64,000 bases of DNA. Origin: Minisyncoccia bacterium. Lineage in GTDB: Bacteria; Patescibacteriota; Minisyncoccia; UBA6257; 2-01-FULL-56-20. Shown here piece after piece: positions 1-9,133 of this stretch. Both the position numbers and the translations under genes were made by a program. Every line of letters starts with the position of its first letter. The stretch's first letter is position 1. Where the stretch lies: assembly GCA_050008535.1 (NCBI GenBank), contig JBEKML010000001.1, positions 66,246 through 130,245 on the forward strand, read 5' to 3'. Below the pieces are notes generated by a model. It was not told where the DNA came from. It ran no database searches and was given only the letters and a program-made list of their open reading frames with translations.

Positions 1-59
1 TCGCCTTTTCGGTTTGGGAAAAGAATTTTCTCTTTGGCCTTTTTGTCGTCGTCGCCGAG

Positions 60-368
60 ATGCTTTTCATCGTGTGGGGGAACCGGGAGCCGCGCACGCT
101 TCGTTTCGCTTTGACGGAAAACGATATCGAAGTGGAAAAAGGGAAAGCGTACCCCCTCAAAGATTTTGAAAACGTGGGAATTGACCCTTTGGGCAACGGC
201 TGGGCCGAACTCGTTTTTACCTTTCGCGCGAAGCTCAAAATCCCTTTCAAAATACTGTTTCCGGAAGATCGCCTTACTGAATTGCGTAATCATCTGAAAA
301 CCGTACTAAAAGAAGTTCCCTACGAACCCACGCTCATTGATTCTATTGAAAAGCTGCTTCGGTTCTAG
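60..368 (+). CDS. hypothetical protein (102 aa)
   Basis: Intact ORF just upstream of the tRNA-Arg gene. No recognisable motif. Confidence 0.35.
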   Translation: MLFIVWGNREPRTLRFALTENDIEVEKGKAYPLKDFENVGIDPLGNGWAELVFTFRAKLKIPFKILFPEDRLTELRNHLKTVLKEVPYEPTLIDSIEKLLRF

Positions 369-1933
369 TATCGTAAAAGCGTTGGCCCTCGTCGTTCAAC
401 GGACAGGACGCAAGATTGCGGATCTTGTAATCGAGGTTCGATTCCTCGCGGGGGCACCATAGTAGAATTTTCAGGTGAGATTAGCTGTTTAAGCTCGTAA
501 ATATCGGCAGTTTTGGTGGTTCCAAATGTCGAATAGTCGTAAGAAACGCCGTTCGGGAAAATCATCTCTTGAAACTTAATCTTATCCGACAGTTTTACCT
601 CGTACCAAAGCTTGTAAGCGTTGGCCATAAAATACAGGCAGTAGTTCACGCTGGTCTCTACGTCAAATTCCTCGATCTGTAATTCATTCCTGCTTAGTTT
701 GAGCAGGGTCACTTTTTCTTTGATCCGATTCAACTCCTCTTTGGCGGTATCGGCATCGAAGACCCCTTGTTTGGTCAGGTCGACCACTTTCACTTTTTCC
801 TCTTCGACTTTCTGGATATTCCGATCAATCGTGGCGATGTCGGTATTGAGCTCCTCGTGCTTATTTTGCCAGTAATCGATAACTGTCGCTCGGAACATGG
901 CCATTTCTTCTTTCTTGGGAGCCAGTCTTTGCAGGAACTGCATGAACTCTCCCTCGAAGATTTCCTTCTTGACGCTTCTCTTGTGGCACTTGGCGCAGTG
1001 GTAATAGGCGTAGCGTCCGCCGTGGCCCCGAGACCAGCTTCCGGTAAACTTGCCACCGCAGACACACCGGGCAGTCACTCTTAACGGAAAATCTGGATTG
1101 AGCATTCTTTTCGGATGGTTAGTAAGCCGGCCGGTTTTATTGCGAATATAAAACTGGACCCGTTCAAAGAGTTCGGTGGTGATGATTGGCTCAAATGCAC
1201 CCTGCATCTCTTGACCTTTCAGCATAAAAACTCCGGTGTAAATCCGGCTCCGGAGCATTTTGTGGATGACCTGTTGTCTGATTTTGTTTCCTTTGGACGT
1301 AGTAAATCCGATACTGTTAGCCATTCGAGTTATCTCGGATTCTTTATAAATCCCCTTGGCATATTCCTCAAAAAGTTTTTTGACGACAGGTGCTCGCTCC
1401 GGATCGGGTACAATCGTTTTATGTCCTCCTGGCTTCATAACGTTGCTGTAGCCAATTGGAGCGACCCACGAAATCTCCCCCTTGCTCACACGCTTTCGTA
1501 TTCCGTCTTTGGTGCGTTCTGCTTTGGCATCGTTATCAAATTGGGCGAATGAGGCCATGACGTTTTCCAGAAGCTTGCTCGTGGAGTTATCGCCTCCGAT
1601 CGGTTCGGTCACGGAATAAATACGGACGCCGTATTGACTGAGTAGTGATCGGATCGCCACATGGTCGGCCATGTTTCTGGCAATGCGGTCGATCTTATAA
1701 ATCAGGACCGCATCTACTTTTTCCTTATGTGTCCGGCAGTATTCCAAGAGCCGAGCTAGGGCTTTGCGGTTCATGGTCTTGGCCGACTCACCGGCATCGA
1801 CGAATGGTTCGCAGGCCAGCTCAAACTTGTGATCGACGATCCATTTTCGGGCGAGTTCGACTTGCGACTCCAAGCTAAAGTTGTGCTTGGCCTGCTCCTC
1901 GGTCGAGACACGAGCATAAATTACTGCTCGCAT
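365..1933 (-). CDS. large serine recombinase (resolvase/invertase N-domain, recombinase domain, zinc ribbon, coiled coil)
   Basis: The N-terminus MRAVIYARVSTEEQ carries the catalytic Ser motif typical of serine recombinases. The zinc ribbon reads CVCGG...YYHCAKCHKR. The likely start is the internal Met at 1933; the 28 codons upstream of it are probably not translated. The ORF stays open through the antisense of the tRNA-Arg gene and stops at 365. Confidence 0.85.
   Translation of the reverse strand: MRAVIYARVSTEEQAKHNFSLESQVELARKWIVDHKFELACEPFVDAGESAKTMNRKALARLLEYCRTHKEKVDAVLIYKIDRIARNMADHVAIRSLLSQYGVRIYSVTEPIGGDNSTSKLLENVMASFAQFDNDAKAERTKDGIRKRVSKGEISWVAPIGYSNVMKPGGHKTIVPDPERAPVVKKLFEEYAKGIYKESEITRMANSIGFTTSKGNKIRQQVIHKMLRSRIYTGVFMLKGQEMQGAFEPIITTELFERVQFYIRNKTGRLTNHPKRMLNPDFPLRVTARCVCGGKFTGSWSRGHGGRYAYYHCAKCHKRSVKKEIFEGEFMQFLQRLAPKKEEMAMFRATVIDYWQNKHEELNTDIATIDRNIQKVEEEKVKVVDLTKQGVFDADTAKEELNRIKEKVTLLKLSRNELQIEEFDVETSVNYCLYFMANAYKLWYEVKLSDKIKFQEMIFPNGVSYDYSTFGTTKTADIYELKQLISPENSTMVPPRGIEPRLQDPQSCVLSVERRGPTLLRY
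385..459 (+). tRNA. tRNA-Arg (anticodon read as GCG; encoded CCA)
   Basis: Hand-folded cloverleaf. Acceptor stem gccctcg/cgggggc with one G-U pair. Anticodon stem caaga/tcttg with 7-nt loop ttGCGga. T-arm cgagg-TTCGATT-cctcg. Discriminator a, then cca. Confidence 0.6.
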
Positions 1934-2212
1934 TTTTGTGTTTTGAATTTGGTCTGTCATAGTCATATTCGTATAGAAATAGCTTACAATGACAACATAC
2001 GCTAACCCTTGGCACAAGCCAAGCTGGGGCTAAGTGGATATGTTAAAATCGTTGCCCGATACGTAATCTGCATGGAAACCACGACTAAAACTGGCCTATG
2101 CTTGGCATCATGCCAAACATCGAACATGAAAGCGGCCATCTGGTAGTACTGATTTCGCATCAGCTCAATTTCTTTGTCGCTTTTACTCTCGTATGATTTT
2201 GGCAATAATTTT

Positions 2213-2800
2213 CTACACGCTTTGATCGTTAGCATAATCTTGTTTCTTAAATCCACCCTTGGGCGGTCTGCCGGTTGCCAGCCAATGATCGGCTTTCTCG
2301 GTAGATTCCGATTTGTATTGGTCACGGGACAACGCCAGCCGGATTTCATATGGCACCATAAGCCAGCGATCCTCGACTGACAGTTGCTCGAGCTCCTCGG
2401 GGTTAACATGGATGGTCTCTTTCGGCTTGCCCTCGACCCGATCCAGTATCTCCCGGATGGCGGACATTTTGACCGAGTCGTTCGCGCTTCCCATTAAGGC
2501 AACGAGCATCTCGTTGGCCAGCCGAAAATTCTGCTCTCTGATTCTCGCTCCAGCTCGCCGGACAATGTTCATGGTTTCGATATGGATTTGATCCATCTCG
2601 TCCTCGTATATGCGGTAAGTTTCGTACAAAGTACCGGCTTCTTTGAACCAATCTTTAACGCTCTGCTCGGTGAATTTGGCTTTTCTACTTTTTGGGGCTT
2701 TGCGGTTTAGATCATCGGCAATACTTTCGTACGAATGGCCTTTATATTTCAGCTCTAATGCCCGTTTGTGGTATTCGGATAGATGTTTGATTTTGGGCAT
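2213..2800 (-). CDS. terminase small subunit-like protein (N-terminal HTH, C-terminal LDRVEGKPK motif)
   Basis: The N-terminus has a sigma-r4/HTH-like segment. The C-terminal ILDRVEGKPKE resembles the conserved LDRG(W/Y)GKP signature of Terminase_2-type small terminase subunits. No large terminase gene is nearby. Confidence 0.4.
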   Translation of the reverse strand: MPKIKHLSEYHKRALELKYKGHSYESIADDLNRKAPKSRKAKFTEQSVKDWFKEAGTLYETYRIYEDEMDQIHIETMNIVRRAGARIREQNFRLANEMLVALMGSANDSVKMSAIREILDRVEGKPKETIHVNPEELEQLSVEDRWLMVPYEIRLALSRDQYKSESTEKADHWLATGRPPKGGFKKQDYANDQSV

Positions 2801-2811
2801 AAAAAGTAGAG

Positions 2812-3024
2812 TTAAGTAGAACTTTTCGGACCTCGTTTTTCTTCGACAATGATCTGTTTCGGCTTTCCATAAACTCGGTCAAGAATGTAGATAGCCGCTT
2901 CCAGCTTCACCATGTCGTCCTTGCTCTTGAGAAGCGAGACCAAAACCTCGGCCGCTTTCACGACATTTTTATGGAACATATTTATGGCGGTTTCCATTTC
3001 AGGCGTCAGATGTTGTTTGTTCAT
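2812..3024 (-). CDS. terminase small subunit-like paralog fragment (70 aa)
   Basis: It shares the ILDRVYGKPKQ motif and flanking helices with the adjacent 195-aa protein. It may be a duplication or a degenerate copy. Confidence 0.3.
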   Translation of the reverse strand: MNKQHLTPEMETAINMFHKNVVKAAEVLVSLLKSKDDMVKLEAAIYILDRVYGKPKQIIVEEKRGPKSST

Positions 3025-3036
3025 GTTTTTTATTGG

Positions 3037-3543
3037 TTAATCTTTATAAGGCGTCCTCACACTCATCCGATCCAGCAACTGCTCACGGGTATCCATCAGT
3101 GCATCGAATGATTCCTCGGATTTCTGCTCGGCATAGGCTCGTTTATCTTCGAGTTCGTCCAATGCTTTCTTTTTGCGCTGGAAGTCTTCGTAGGCTTTAA
3201 GGTCGGGACCGACAGCCCAACCACGATCCGGATGCTCTTTTTTTACATAGCGACGGGATGTTGCTTTTATCTCCAATAGATACTGCACAAGTCCGGCATC
3301 AGTGAGTCCTGTGATATCGTTGTAGACTCGTCTTGGATTTATGCTTTCGGGAAATTGGCGACTGCCCATCGTGAAAGCTCGCATGACTTCTTTCGGTTCG
3401 CCGTAAACCCAGAGAGGATACTTGAGCGGTGCGGTTTTTAACTGCTCGAGCATTACTTCAAAATCTTTAACGGTTTGCTTATCTTCCGGATTGCTTAGGT
3501 CGTATTCCGCTTTTATATTTTCTTTTGTCTCGGTGTATTTCAT
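3037..3543 (-). CDS. hypothetical protein (168 aa)
   Basis: Intact ORF. Its start overlaps the stop of the upstream gene by 4 nt (ATGA coupling). Confidence 0.5.
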   Translation of the reverse strand: MKYTETKENIKAEYDLSNPEDKQTVKDFEVMLEQLKTAPLKYPLWVYGEPKEVMRAFTMGSRQFPESINPRRVYNDITGLTDAGLVQYLLEIKATSRRYVKKEHPDRGWAVGPDLKAYEDFQRKKKALDELEDKRAYAEQKSEESFDALMDTREQLLDRMSVRTPYKD

Positions 3544-4331
3544 ACGATGAATTTAAATAACGTCTCCAGCGTGTATCGCTTGAGCCATCCTTGCTTTACG
3601 GCTTCTTGGATTTTCTTGAATCCTTGAATGATTTTTTCGTCACCAAATGGCTCTAAGTTTTTAGCTGTCCTCACGTTGCGTTTTATAAATGCCTCCCATT
3701 GGGCTTTGGTCTGGAGATCCGGCTCGATCGTATCCGCCCAGTTGCCGATGATCTGGATATGCCGGTGGTTGCTCTTTCCACACCAGTCCACGAATTCTTT
3801 GAGAGTCATGGGGACATCAGTTATCGGCGTTTCGGTTTCTTCTTTTTCTTTCTTCTTCAAGGGTTCTTCTTTGTGCCCAATGGTTGAACGCTTCGAGTTC
3901 ACCAGATGAACGCTTTCGTTCACTGGTTGAAGGCTTTGTGGCAAGCGTTCACCATTTGAACGCTTTGATTTTTCCTCGTAATGCCGGACATTGAGCGACC
4001 ACAAATCTACGATCCGGTATTCGACCGTCTGCTGGTTCGTGGCCCCGGTGGCTTTATAACCAACGACTTCTATCCAGCCACGCTCGACCAGCTTTTTCTG
4101 GTATTTAGCGACCGTATTCCTTGAGCAACCGAGTCGTCCGGCGATTTCCATTGCTGACATCCAGCAGGTGCCCTCCTCGCCAGCCACACGCTTCATGTAT
4201 AAATAAATGGCCTGCTCGTAAACCGTCGAATGGTTGACGATGTAGTTCGGGATGATCGTGAAGTATTTCCGGTCACCGCTCTTGTCTATGATTTTGAATG
4301 GGTCGTTACGCATAAAATTAGTCGTGTCCAT
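3540..4331 (-). CDS. winged-helix DNA-binding protein, possible replication initiator of the island
   Basis: The N-terminal ~90 aa (YEQAIYLYM...MSAMEIAGRLGCSRNTVAKYQKKLVERGWIEV) look like a wHTH of phage or plasmid replication-initiator type. The protein has a long basic/acidic linker. Confidence 0.4.
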   Translation of the reverse strand: MDTTNFMRNDPFKIIDKSGDRKYFTIIPNYIVNHSTVYEQAIYLYMKRVAGEEGTCWMSAMEIAGRLGCSRNTVAKYQKKLVERGWIEVVGYKATGATNQQTVEYRIVDLWSLNVRHYEEKSKRSNGERLPQSLQPVNESVHLVNSKRSTIGHKEEPLKKKEKEETETPITDVPMTLKEFVDWCGKSNHRHIQIIGNWADTIEPDLQTKAQWEAFIKRNVRTAKNLEPFGDEKIIQGFKKIQEAVKQGWLKRYTLETLFKFIV

Positions 4332-4632
4332 AAATTCTCACTTTGGCAAGTTTGAGTTGGTTGAAAAAATCTTGAGGTTCGACCACAAGTTCTCGCTTCC
4401 AGTATTTGCTTACCAAATCGTCTAATTGGTCGCTCCTCCGGAAAGCGAAGAAGACCTTGCGCGGATTTGCACGGTCGCAGACCTCGAGCGAGTCGGGCAT
4501 AAATAGCAAAAGAACCGCTACCAATGCTAAATCGGCGGTTGTATAAAATTCGGAATTGTCGCTTGTCATAGTCATACTGTTTCCTCGCATTTGTTCCGGG
4601 ACCTCGCCCAAAACAAAACATACTCCCAGCAT
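4318..4632 (-). CDS. hypothetical protein
   Basis: ORF with several candidate starts. It overlaps the downstream gene by 14 nt. Confidence 0.3.
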   Translation of the reverse strand: MLGVCFVLGEVPEQMRGNSMTMTSDNSEFYTTADLALVAVLLLFMPDSLEVCDRANPRKVFFAFRRSDQLDDLVSKYWKRELVVEPQDFFNQLKLAKVRIYGHD

Positions 4633-4675
4633 AGAGGAGTACGTTCATTCAATATTCAGTTCTGAATTTGGAAAG

Positions 4676-5212
4676 CTACGGCACAAATCGCCAACCCTCT
4701 TTTTTGTGATTAAGAATCACGTCTTTTCCGAAGCAGGGCTTGAGCAATCCGTGCAGTTCGCTCACGTATTTGGCGATGGTCGAGAATCTGGTTCTCTCAC
4801 GCCGTTCGGCCCGGATGATTTCCTCCCGTATTTCATCGCATAAGACCAGCTGGTTCGGCCGGGACATAAATATCCGGCATAGGTCGTTGAGCTGATCACG
4901 CATAGGGATCACTGATCCTCTGAAGCGGATCGTGCCGTCGGAATATGTCGCAAGGTCGCCGATTTCTATTTCAGGCTTTATTTTTTGAGTAGATAGACTG
5001 CATAGCACAGCCGTTGTTTTCTTTAATCTCAAATTACTAACCCGTCGATCACCATCTAGTTCGCTGACCTCCTGACGCAACATTTTTACCTCACAGATCA
5101 GCCGGTACAAAAGAACCCCGATTGGAATTTCGACAATCAAAAAGCGATAGGTTATTTCAATGCTTACTGCCGAATATTGCGCTGTCATTTTCATAGTCAT
5201 CTTTGCTAACAC
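4676..5212 (-). CDS. hypothetical protein (178 aa)
   Basis: Intact ORF in a lower-GC stretch. Confidence 0.4.
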   Translation of the reverse strand: MLAKMTMKMTAQYSAVSIEITYRFLIVEIPIGVLLYRLICEVKMLRQEVSELDGDRRVSNLRLKKTTAVLCSLSTQKIKPEIEIGDLATYSDGTIRFRGSVIPMRDQLNDLCRIFMSRPNQLVLCDEIREEIIRAERRERTRFSTIAKYVSELHGLLKPCFGKDVILNHKKEGWRFVP

Positions 5213-5377
5213 CTAAAACGAAACGAGCTCGTAACCCAACTATCAAATCGATAGTGGATTACGAGCTCGTGAGCAAGGAATGCCGTTCAGGTCGCCCCTT
5301 GAGGCGAAATTATTTAATTGTTGGATTTATTATAACACTTTTCAAAAATTCTCTTAAAAAATTCACTGTGTATAAAT

Positions 5378-6778
5378 TTACCGTCTTGGCTTTGAAAAAT
5401 TTCTGATTGCACCCTCCATAACACACTTCATGATCATTCCGTTGATGGGCTCGCTGTAACTCCGGCTACCTTCTGTAAGTTGCATATGGCCGATGTTCTC
5501 ATTCCAAACAAAATATTGTGTTTTCTCTCTGCCTTCTTTGTGCAAAGCAAGCCCGTCAGTAAAAGGGTCAACTTGCACAATTTTCCTAAGGTCGAGGTTG
5601 ATGGTTTTCATATTTCCCGAAAAGACAAAACGTTCATTGGTGATTGTAAGAATTCCTCGATCTATGTCCCGTATTTCTTGGTGGGACTCGCTTGTCGAAC
5701 CAAACCTACCCATTCTAAAATAGACACCTTTTGCGACGCGGAAGCTTGGACCGGCATATCCACCACTGCTTTTTCGAACAGCCCTGGGTTCTTTCAGCGT
5801 TACTCCGGGAAGAGCAAAAAGGAGTTCCTCGCCAGATTTCATAATAACGGGCGTATCGACTCCTTTGAAGCTAATCTTGATTGCACCGGCACTCAACTTT
5901 TCCAGCCACTGCTCTATATCAGCTTTTCTTTGTTTCTCGTCCGACATTCCGCCATTCCCGATATTGACCCATTCACGAGGAGATAGTGTTTGGCGAGAAT
6001 ACTCTTGCCAAACCTTATTGGATTGATCGTTAACTTTTACAAACTTATATCCGGTTTCGTTTTTCCTGAAAGTCGCACCGCATTTATCGCACATAATACC
6101 TTCACGAGAAAACAAGCCAAAGAATACCTTTTCTGTTTTTAATGACATTTCTCCAACGTGACATGCAACACATCTTTTTGCTTCTGATAAATCTTGGTCT
6201 TTAGATAAAGCTGGATTTATTTGTTTATTTTGAGCGATACTCGTTGGCTTGGCGGTAACTGTCACACCGGTCGGCTCAATGTCTGATTTTAATATATAGC
6301 TTAAATCGCTGTCAGAACGGATCACGCTTGCAAGCGCCTCTGCAAAATAAACCGGCGGTGTTGTGTATCCGTGAATCCAGAGTCCCTCGGGTTCATATTT
6401 TTCTTTTGCCAGCTTTAACTCCTCGAGCATTTCTTTATACTCCTGCTCTCCGAGTACGGCCTTCATTTTCTTGCCAAAAGAATTTCCCAAAACCTTGAAG
6501 TCAGCGTCTTTAACCTCTTTTGCTAATTCATCCGAGCATTCTTTCGTCCAGTACTTGGCGACTATTTTCGCTTCAGGCCAGTCAAAATAGTTTTCGGGCA
6601 TTCCCGAAAACGGATTTGGCATAGATATGTTTAAACTTACTTTTTCGTCACCATCCCCAAACTCGGTGGTTTCGTTAAAACCATCATCGAGAATTTGTGG
6701 GTGGAATTTTAGATTTTTTATGGATAAAGCCATACTCTTGTTACTGAATAGATGCCGTCCAATTACCATCGGCGTCAA
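5378..6778 (-). CDS. hypothetical Cys4 zinc-ribbon protein (466 aa)
   Basis: Long intact ORF with a CVACH...CDKC zinc-ribbon pair in the middle. It overlaps the upstream gene by 38 nt, which suggests co-transcription. Confidence 0.55.
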   Translation of the reverse strand: MTPMVIGRHLFSNKSMALSIKNLKFHPQILDDGFNETTEFGDGDEKVSLNISMPNPFSGMPENYFDWPEAKIVAKYWTKECSDELAKEVKDADFKVLGNSFGKKMKAVLGEQEYKEMLEELKLAKEKYEPEGLWIHGYTTPPVYFAEALASVIRSDSDLSYILKSDIEPTGVTVTAKPTSIAQNKQINPALSKDQDLSEAKRCVACHVGEMSLKTEKVFFGLFSREGIMCDKCGATFRKNETGYKFVKVNDQSNKVWQEYSRQTLSPREWVNIGNGGMSDEKQRKADIEQWLEKLSAGAIKISFKGVDTPVIMKSGEELLFALPGVTLKEPRAVRKSSGGYAGPSFRVAKGVYFRMGRFGSTSESHQEIRDIDRGILTITNERFVFSGNMKTINLDLRKIVQVDPFTDGLALHKEGREKTQYFVWNENIGHMQLTEGSRSYSEPINGMIMKCVMEGAIRNFSKPRR

Positions 6779-8135
6779 TATTCAGAAGATAGATTCCGCT
6801 GTCATCTATGCGTACAGCTTTTGAACCGTTGTACGATCCGATGACGTTAACGAGTCCCTCAACCGTATTGCCGTTCACATCAAGCAAGTGAACAATAAAA
6901 TTGCTACTGCCGTCATGCGTAAATGCAAATGTGTGAAGACCTTGGGGGAGGCTGAAGAACGAAGTTGCTTGAGGCCCCCTACCATTAAGGCTAGAAGGAG
7001 ACTGGGCGCTGGTCGGTCGGGGTTGGGTTATGGTTATCGTCCACGGACCGTCCGAATCAACGTCAAACAGATAACTGCCTGCGTTTGAAATGTGTTCGGC
7101 TTTCGAGCCGCTAAAGTTTCCTATTTCGTTAGCGAGGCCATCAACAGTGTTTCCGTTACTATCCAAGAGGTGCACAATAAAATTGCTTTGGCCGGTATTT
7201 TGCATCGTAAAAATCGATAATCCTTGATCCAAATTGAATCTCTGGCTTGCTTGCTGGCCGTTACCGGAAATTGTTATCGGTGCAGGTGCTGGCTTAATTA
7301 CTGACACTGAGTTACTGCATGATTGGTTAACTGATTGGCTACCCGACACAACGTTCACTTGAGCGTTTTTGGTGCCGGCGCTCGAGTAAGATTTTGTGAC
7401 AGATTGAGTATTGCCTGACAAGCTCTCCGATCCAGACCACGAGAAACTATAAGATCCTGTACCACCGGACACTTGTGCAGTCCAAACAGCTGTCTGTCCG
7501 GCAGTGAGAGACGTTTGCGAAACTGAGCAAGAAACCGACAGAGCCGGTGCTGAAGGTGTAGAAGGTTGTGTTGCTTGCTGAGACTGCGATTGATTTGCAC
7601 TCGTTGGTTTCGGTGTTGTTGCTTTTGGCGCAGGATTATTTTGCGTTACAGTGTCGCCTGTACCTTTTTCAATAACGCAAGCAGTCATGCTTGGAATCGT
7701 GATCTGGAAATGCGCTTGCGATTCGTATGTTTTCGAGCCGGTCAATTGGCCATAAGCCGTAACCACGTCATCATCGACAGCATCTGTATGTCCCTGATAT
7801 TCGACGTAAACGACGTCGCTCGAACTCCATCCATACGATTCTTTTGTCACGGCAAGGCGAGCAATGCCGTAGCCATTCGATTCCTGAATTTGCAGAACTT
7901 GGCCTGTGAATTTGGCTATCTTGCCATTAAATGACCCAGGGTCTTTATTGAGTTCCTTAAAATCAACTGCCATTGCCTGATTTTTAAGAGAGGCTATATC
8001 GCTACAAAGTGATGGCTGGTTATCAGATGCGAGCTGGGCAGGACTATTATTGCTTGAGTCACTGCTACTGATAATGACGATTAATATTATAAAAACAACG
8101 ATACCGCCCACGATCCATACTGTTTTATTTTTCAT
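6741..8135 (-). CDS. membrane-anchored exported protein with a DUF4352-like domain, a PKD-like Ser/Thr-rich segment and two internal ~55-aa repeats
   Basis: N-terminal TM anchor (IVGGIVVFIILIVII). The segment GGTGSYSFSWSGSESLSG is PKD-like. The tandem repeats begin FIVHLLDSNGNTVDGLANEIGNFSGSK and FIVHLLDVNGNTVEGLVNVIGSYNGSK. Confidence 0.6.
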   Translation of the reverse strand: MKNKTVWIVGGIVVFIILIVIISSSDSSNNSPAQLASDNQPSLCSDIASLKNQAMAVDFKELNKDPGSFNGKIAKFTGQVLQIQESNGYGIARLAVTKESYGWSSSDVVYVEYQGHTDAVDDDVVTAYGQLTGSKTYESQAHFQITIPSMTACVIEKGTGDTVTQNNPAPKATTPKPTSANQSQSQQATQPSTPSAPALSVSCSVSQTSLTAGQTAVWTAQVSGGTGSYSFSWSGSESLSGNTQSVTKSYSSAGTKNAQVNVVSGSQSVNQSCSNSVSVIKPAPAPITISGNGQQASQRFNLDQGLSIFTMQNTGQSNFIVHLLDSNGNTVDGLANEIGNFSGSKAEHISNAGSYLFDVDSDGPWTITITQPRPTSAQSPSSLNGRGPQATSFFSLPQGLHTFAFTHDGSSNFIVHLLDVNGNTVEGLVNVIGSYNGSKAVRIDDSGIYLLNIDADGNWTASIQ

Positions 8136-8138
8136 GGC

Positions 8139-8360
8139 CTACTTAATAAAATATTTGATATCTTTATTGTAAATTTTTGCAAAGGCTTGAAGCTCGACGA
8201 CATCGACCCTTTGCTGTCCCGACTCAACATTGGAAATGTGAGACTGCGGACGCTTTATTTTTTTCGCCACTTCCGCTTGCGTTAAACCTGCTTCCTCGCG
8301 AGCCTTTCGCAATTTCTCCACGAAATAGGCGTATTCCTTTGTTCTGATAGACCTAGTCAT
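8139..8360 (-). CDS. XRE-family (Cro/CI-type) HTH transcriptional regulator
   Basis: AGLTQAEVAKKIKRPQSHISNVESGQQRVDVVEL is a classic HTH_3 sequence. Its stop lies 3 nt upstream of the start of the downstream gene. Confidence 0.8.
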   Translation of the reverse strand: MTRSIRTKEYAYFVEKLRKAREEAGLTQAEVAKKIKRPQSHISNVESGQQRVDVVELQAFAKIYNKDIKYFIK

Positions 8361-8421
8361 ATAGTACTATGGTCTATCCAAACATTCAATATCCAAAGTT
8401 TGGATATTACAAAACGGCCAT

Positions 8422-8733
8422 TTACGGCACCAGTTTAAACTTTCGCATTTCCTCTGTTGCCATTTCCATGTCATCCAGCACTTTCTGGTAGATCGCCTTG
8501 GTTCTTGCTGATTTTGGATTATTCTCGGCAAATTTTATGTCGTCATCATCCACAAAGCCGGCCAGTGAGATATAAGCACCGGCCAAAAGTCTGATTCGTT
8601 CTTTGATCGCTTGTTTGATTTTAGCTTTAGGTTCCGGAAGCGAGGATAGCGGATTGAATGATCCGCGTTGGTGTGGCAATCGTACATTTTTTGCGTCCCG
8701 GAGGACGGCTTCGATGTCCTCGTTCATAGGCAA
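8422..8733 (-). CDS. hypothetical protein (103 aa), first gene of the XRE operon
   Basis: Intact ORF upstream of the XRE gene. A toxin-like role is possible but no motif supports it. Confidence 0.4.
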   Translation of the reverse strand: MPMNEDIEAVLRDAKNVRLPHQRGSFNPLSSLPEPKAKIKQAIKERIRLLAGAYISLAGFVDDDDIKFAENNPKSARTKAIYQKVLDDMEMATEEMRKFKLVP

Positions 8734-8888
8734 GCAACAACATATGCTTGCCCTCGGAACAAGTCCAGCGGTTTATAATCACTTCCTTAAGTTGGCCCCT
8801 TGACCTTGTTTTATTGTGGGTATAGTATGTATTTGTAAAGGGCGTATCACCCTTGTAAGGGAACATTAAATGTGCTAATAATAAACTT

Positions 8889-9119
8889 ATGGATAAAATC
8901 AATAAAAAAGAAACTCCTCGGGATAGATTTAAAAGACTGGCTACTCTCAGGACAAACGCTGTCTTAAAAAGGCTTAAGGTGCTGGGAAACTGCTCGAACC
9001 GACAGGCATACGAATATAGCGAAGATGAAGTGGATAAAATATTTTCGGAAGTCGAACGGAAATTGAAAGAGGTTAAGGCCAAATTCCACTTCCCTAAAAA
9101 TCGAGAGTTCCACTTATAA
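8889..9119 (+). CDS. small basic hypothetical protein (76 aa)
   Basis: It ends 14 nt before the start of the GHKL ATPase gene and is likely co-transcribed with it. Confidence 0.4.
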   Translation: MDKINKKETPRDRFKRLATLRTNAVLKRLKVLGNCSNRQAYEYSEDEVDKIFSEVERKLKEVKAKFHFPKNREFHL

Positions 9120-9133
9120 GCCCCTGAATAACA

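Noticed and set aside
767-1878. Several ORFs of both strands inside the serine recombinase gene
   Set aside because: They are nested in or antisense to a CDS with strong domain evidence. There is no independent support.
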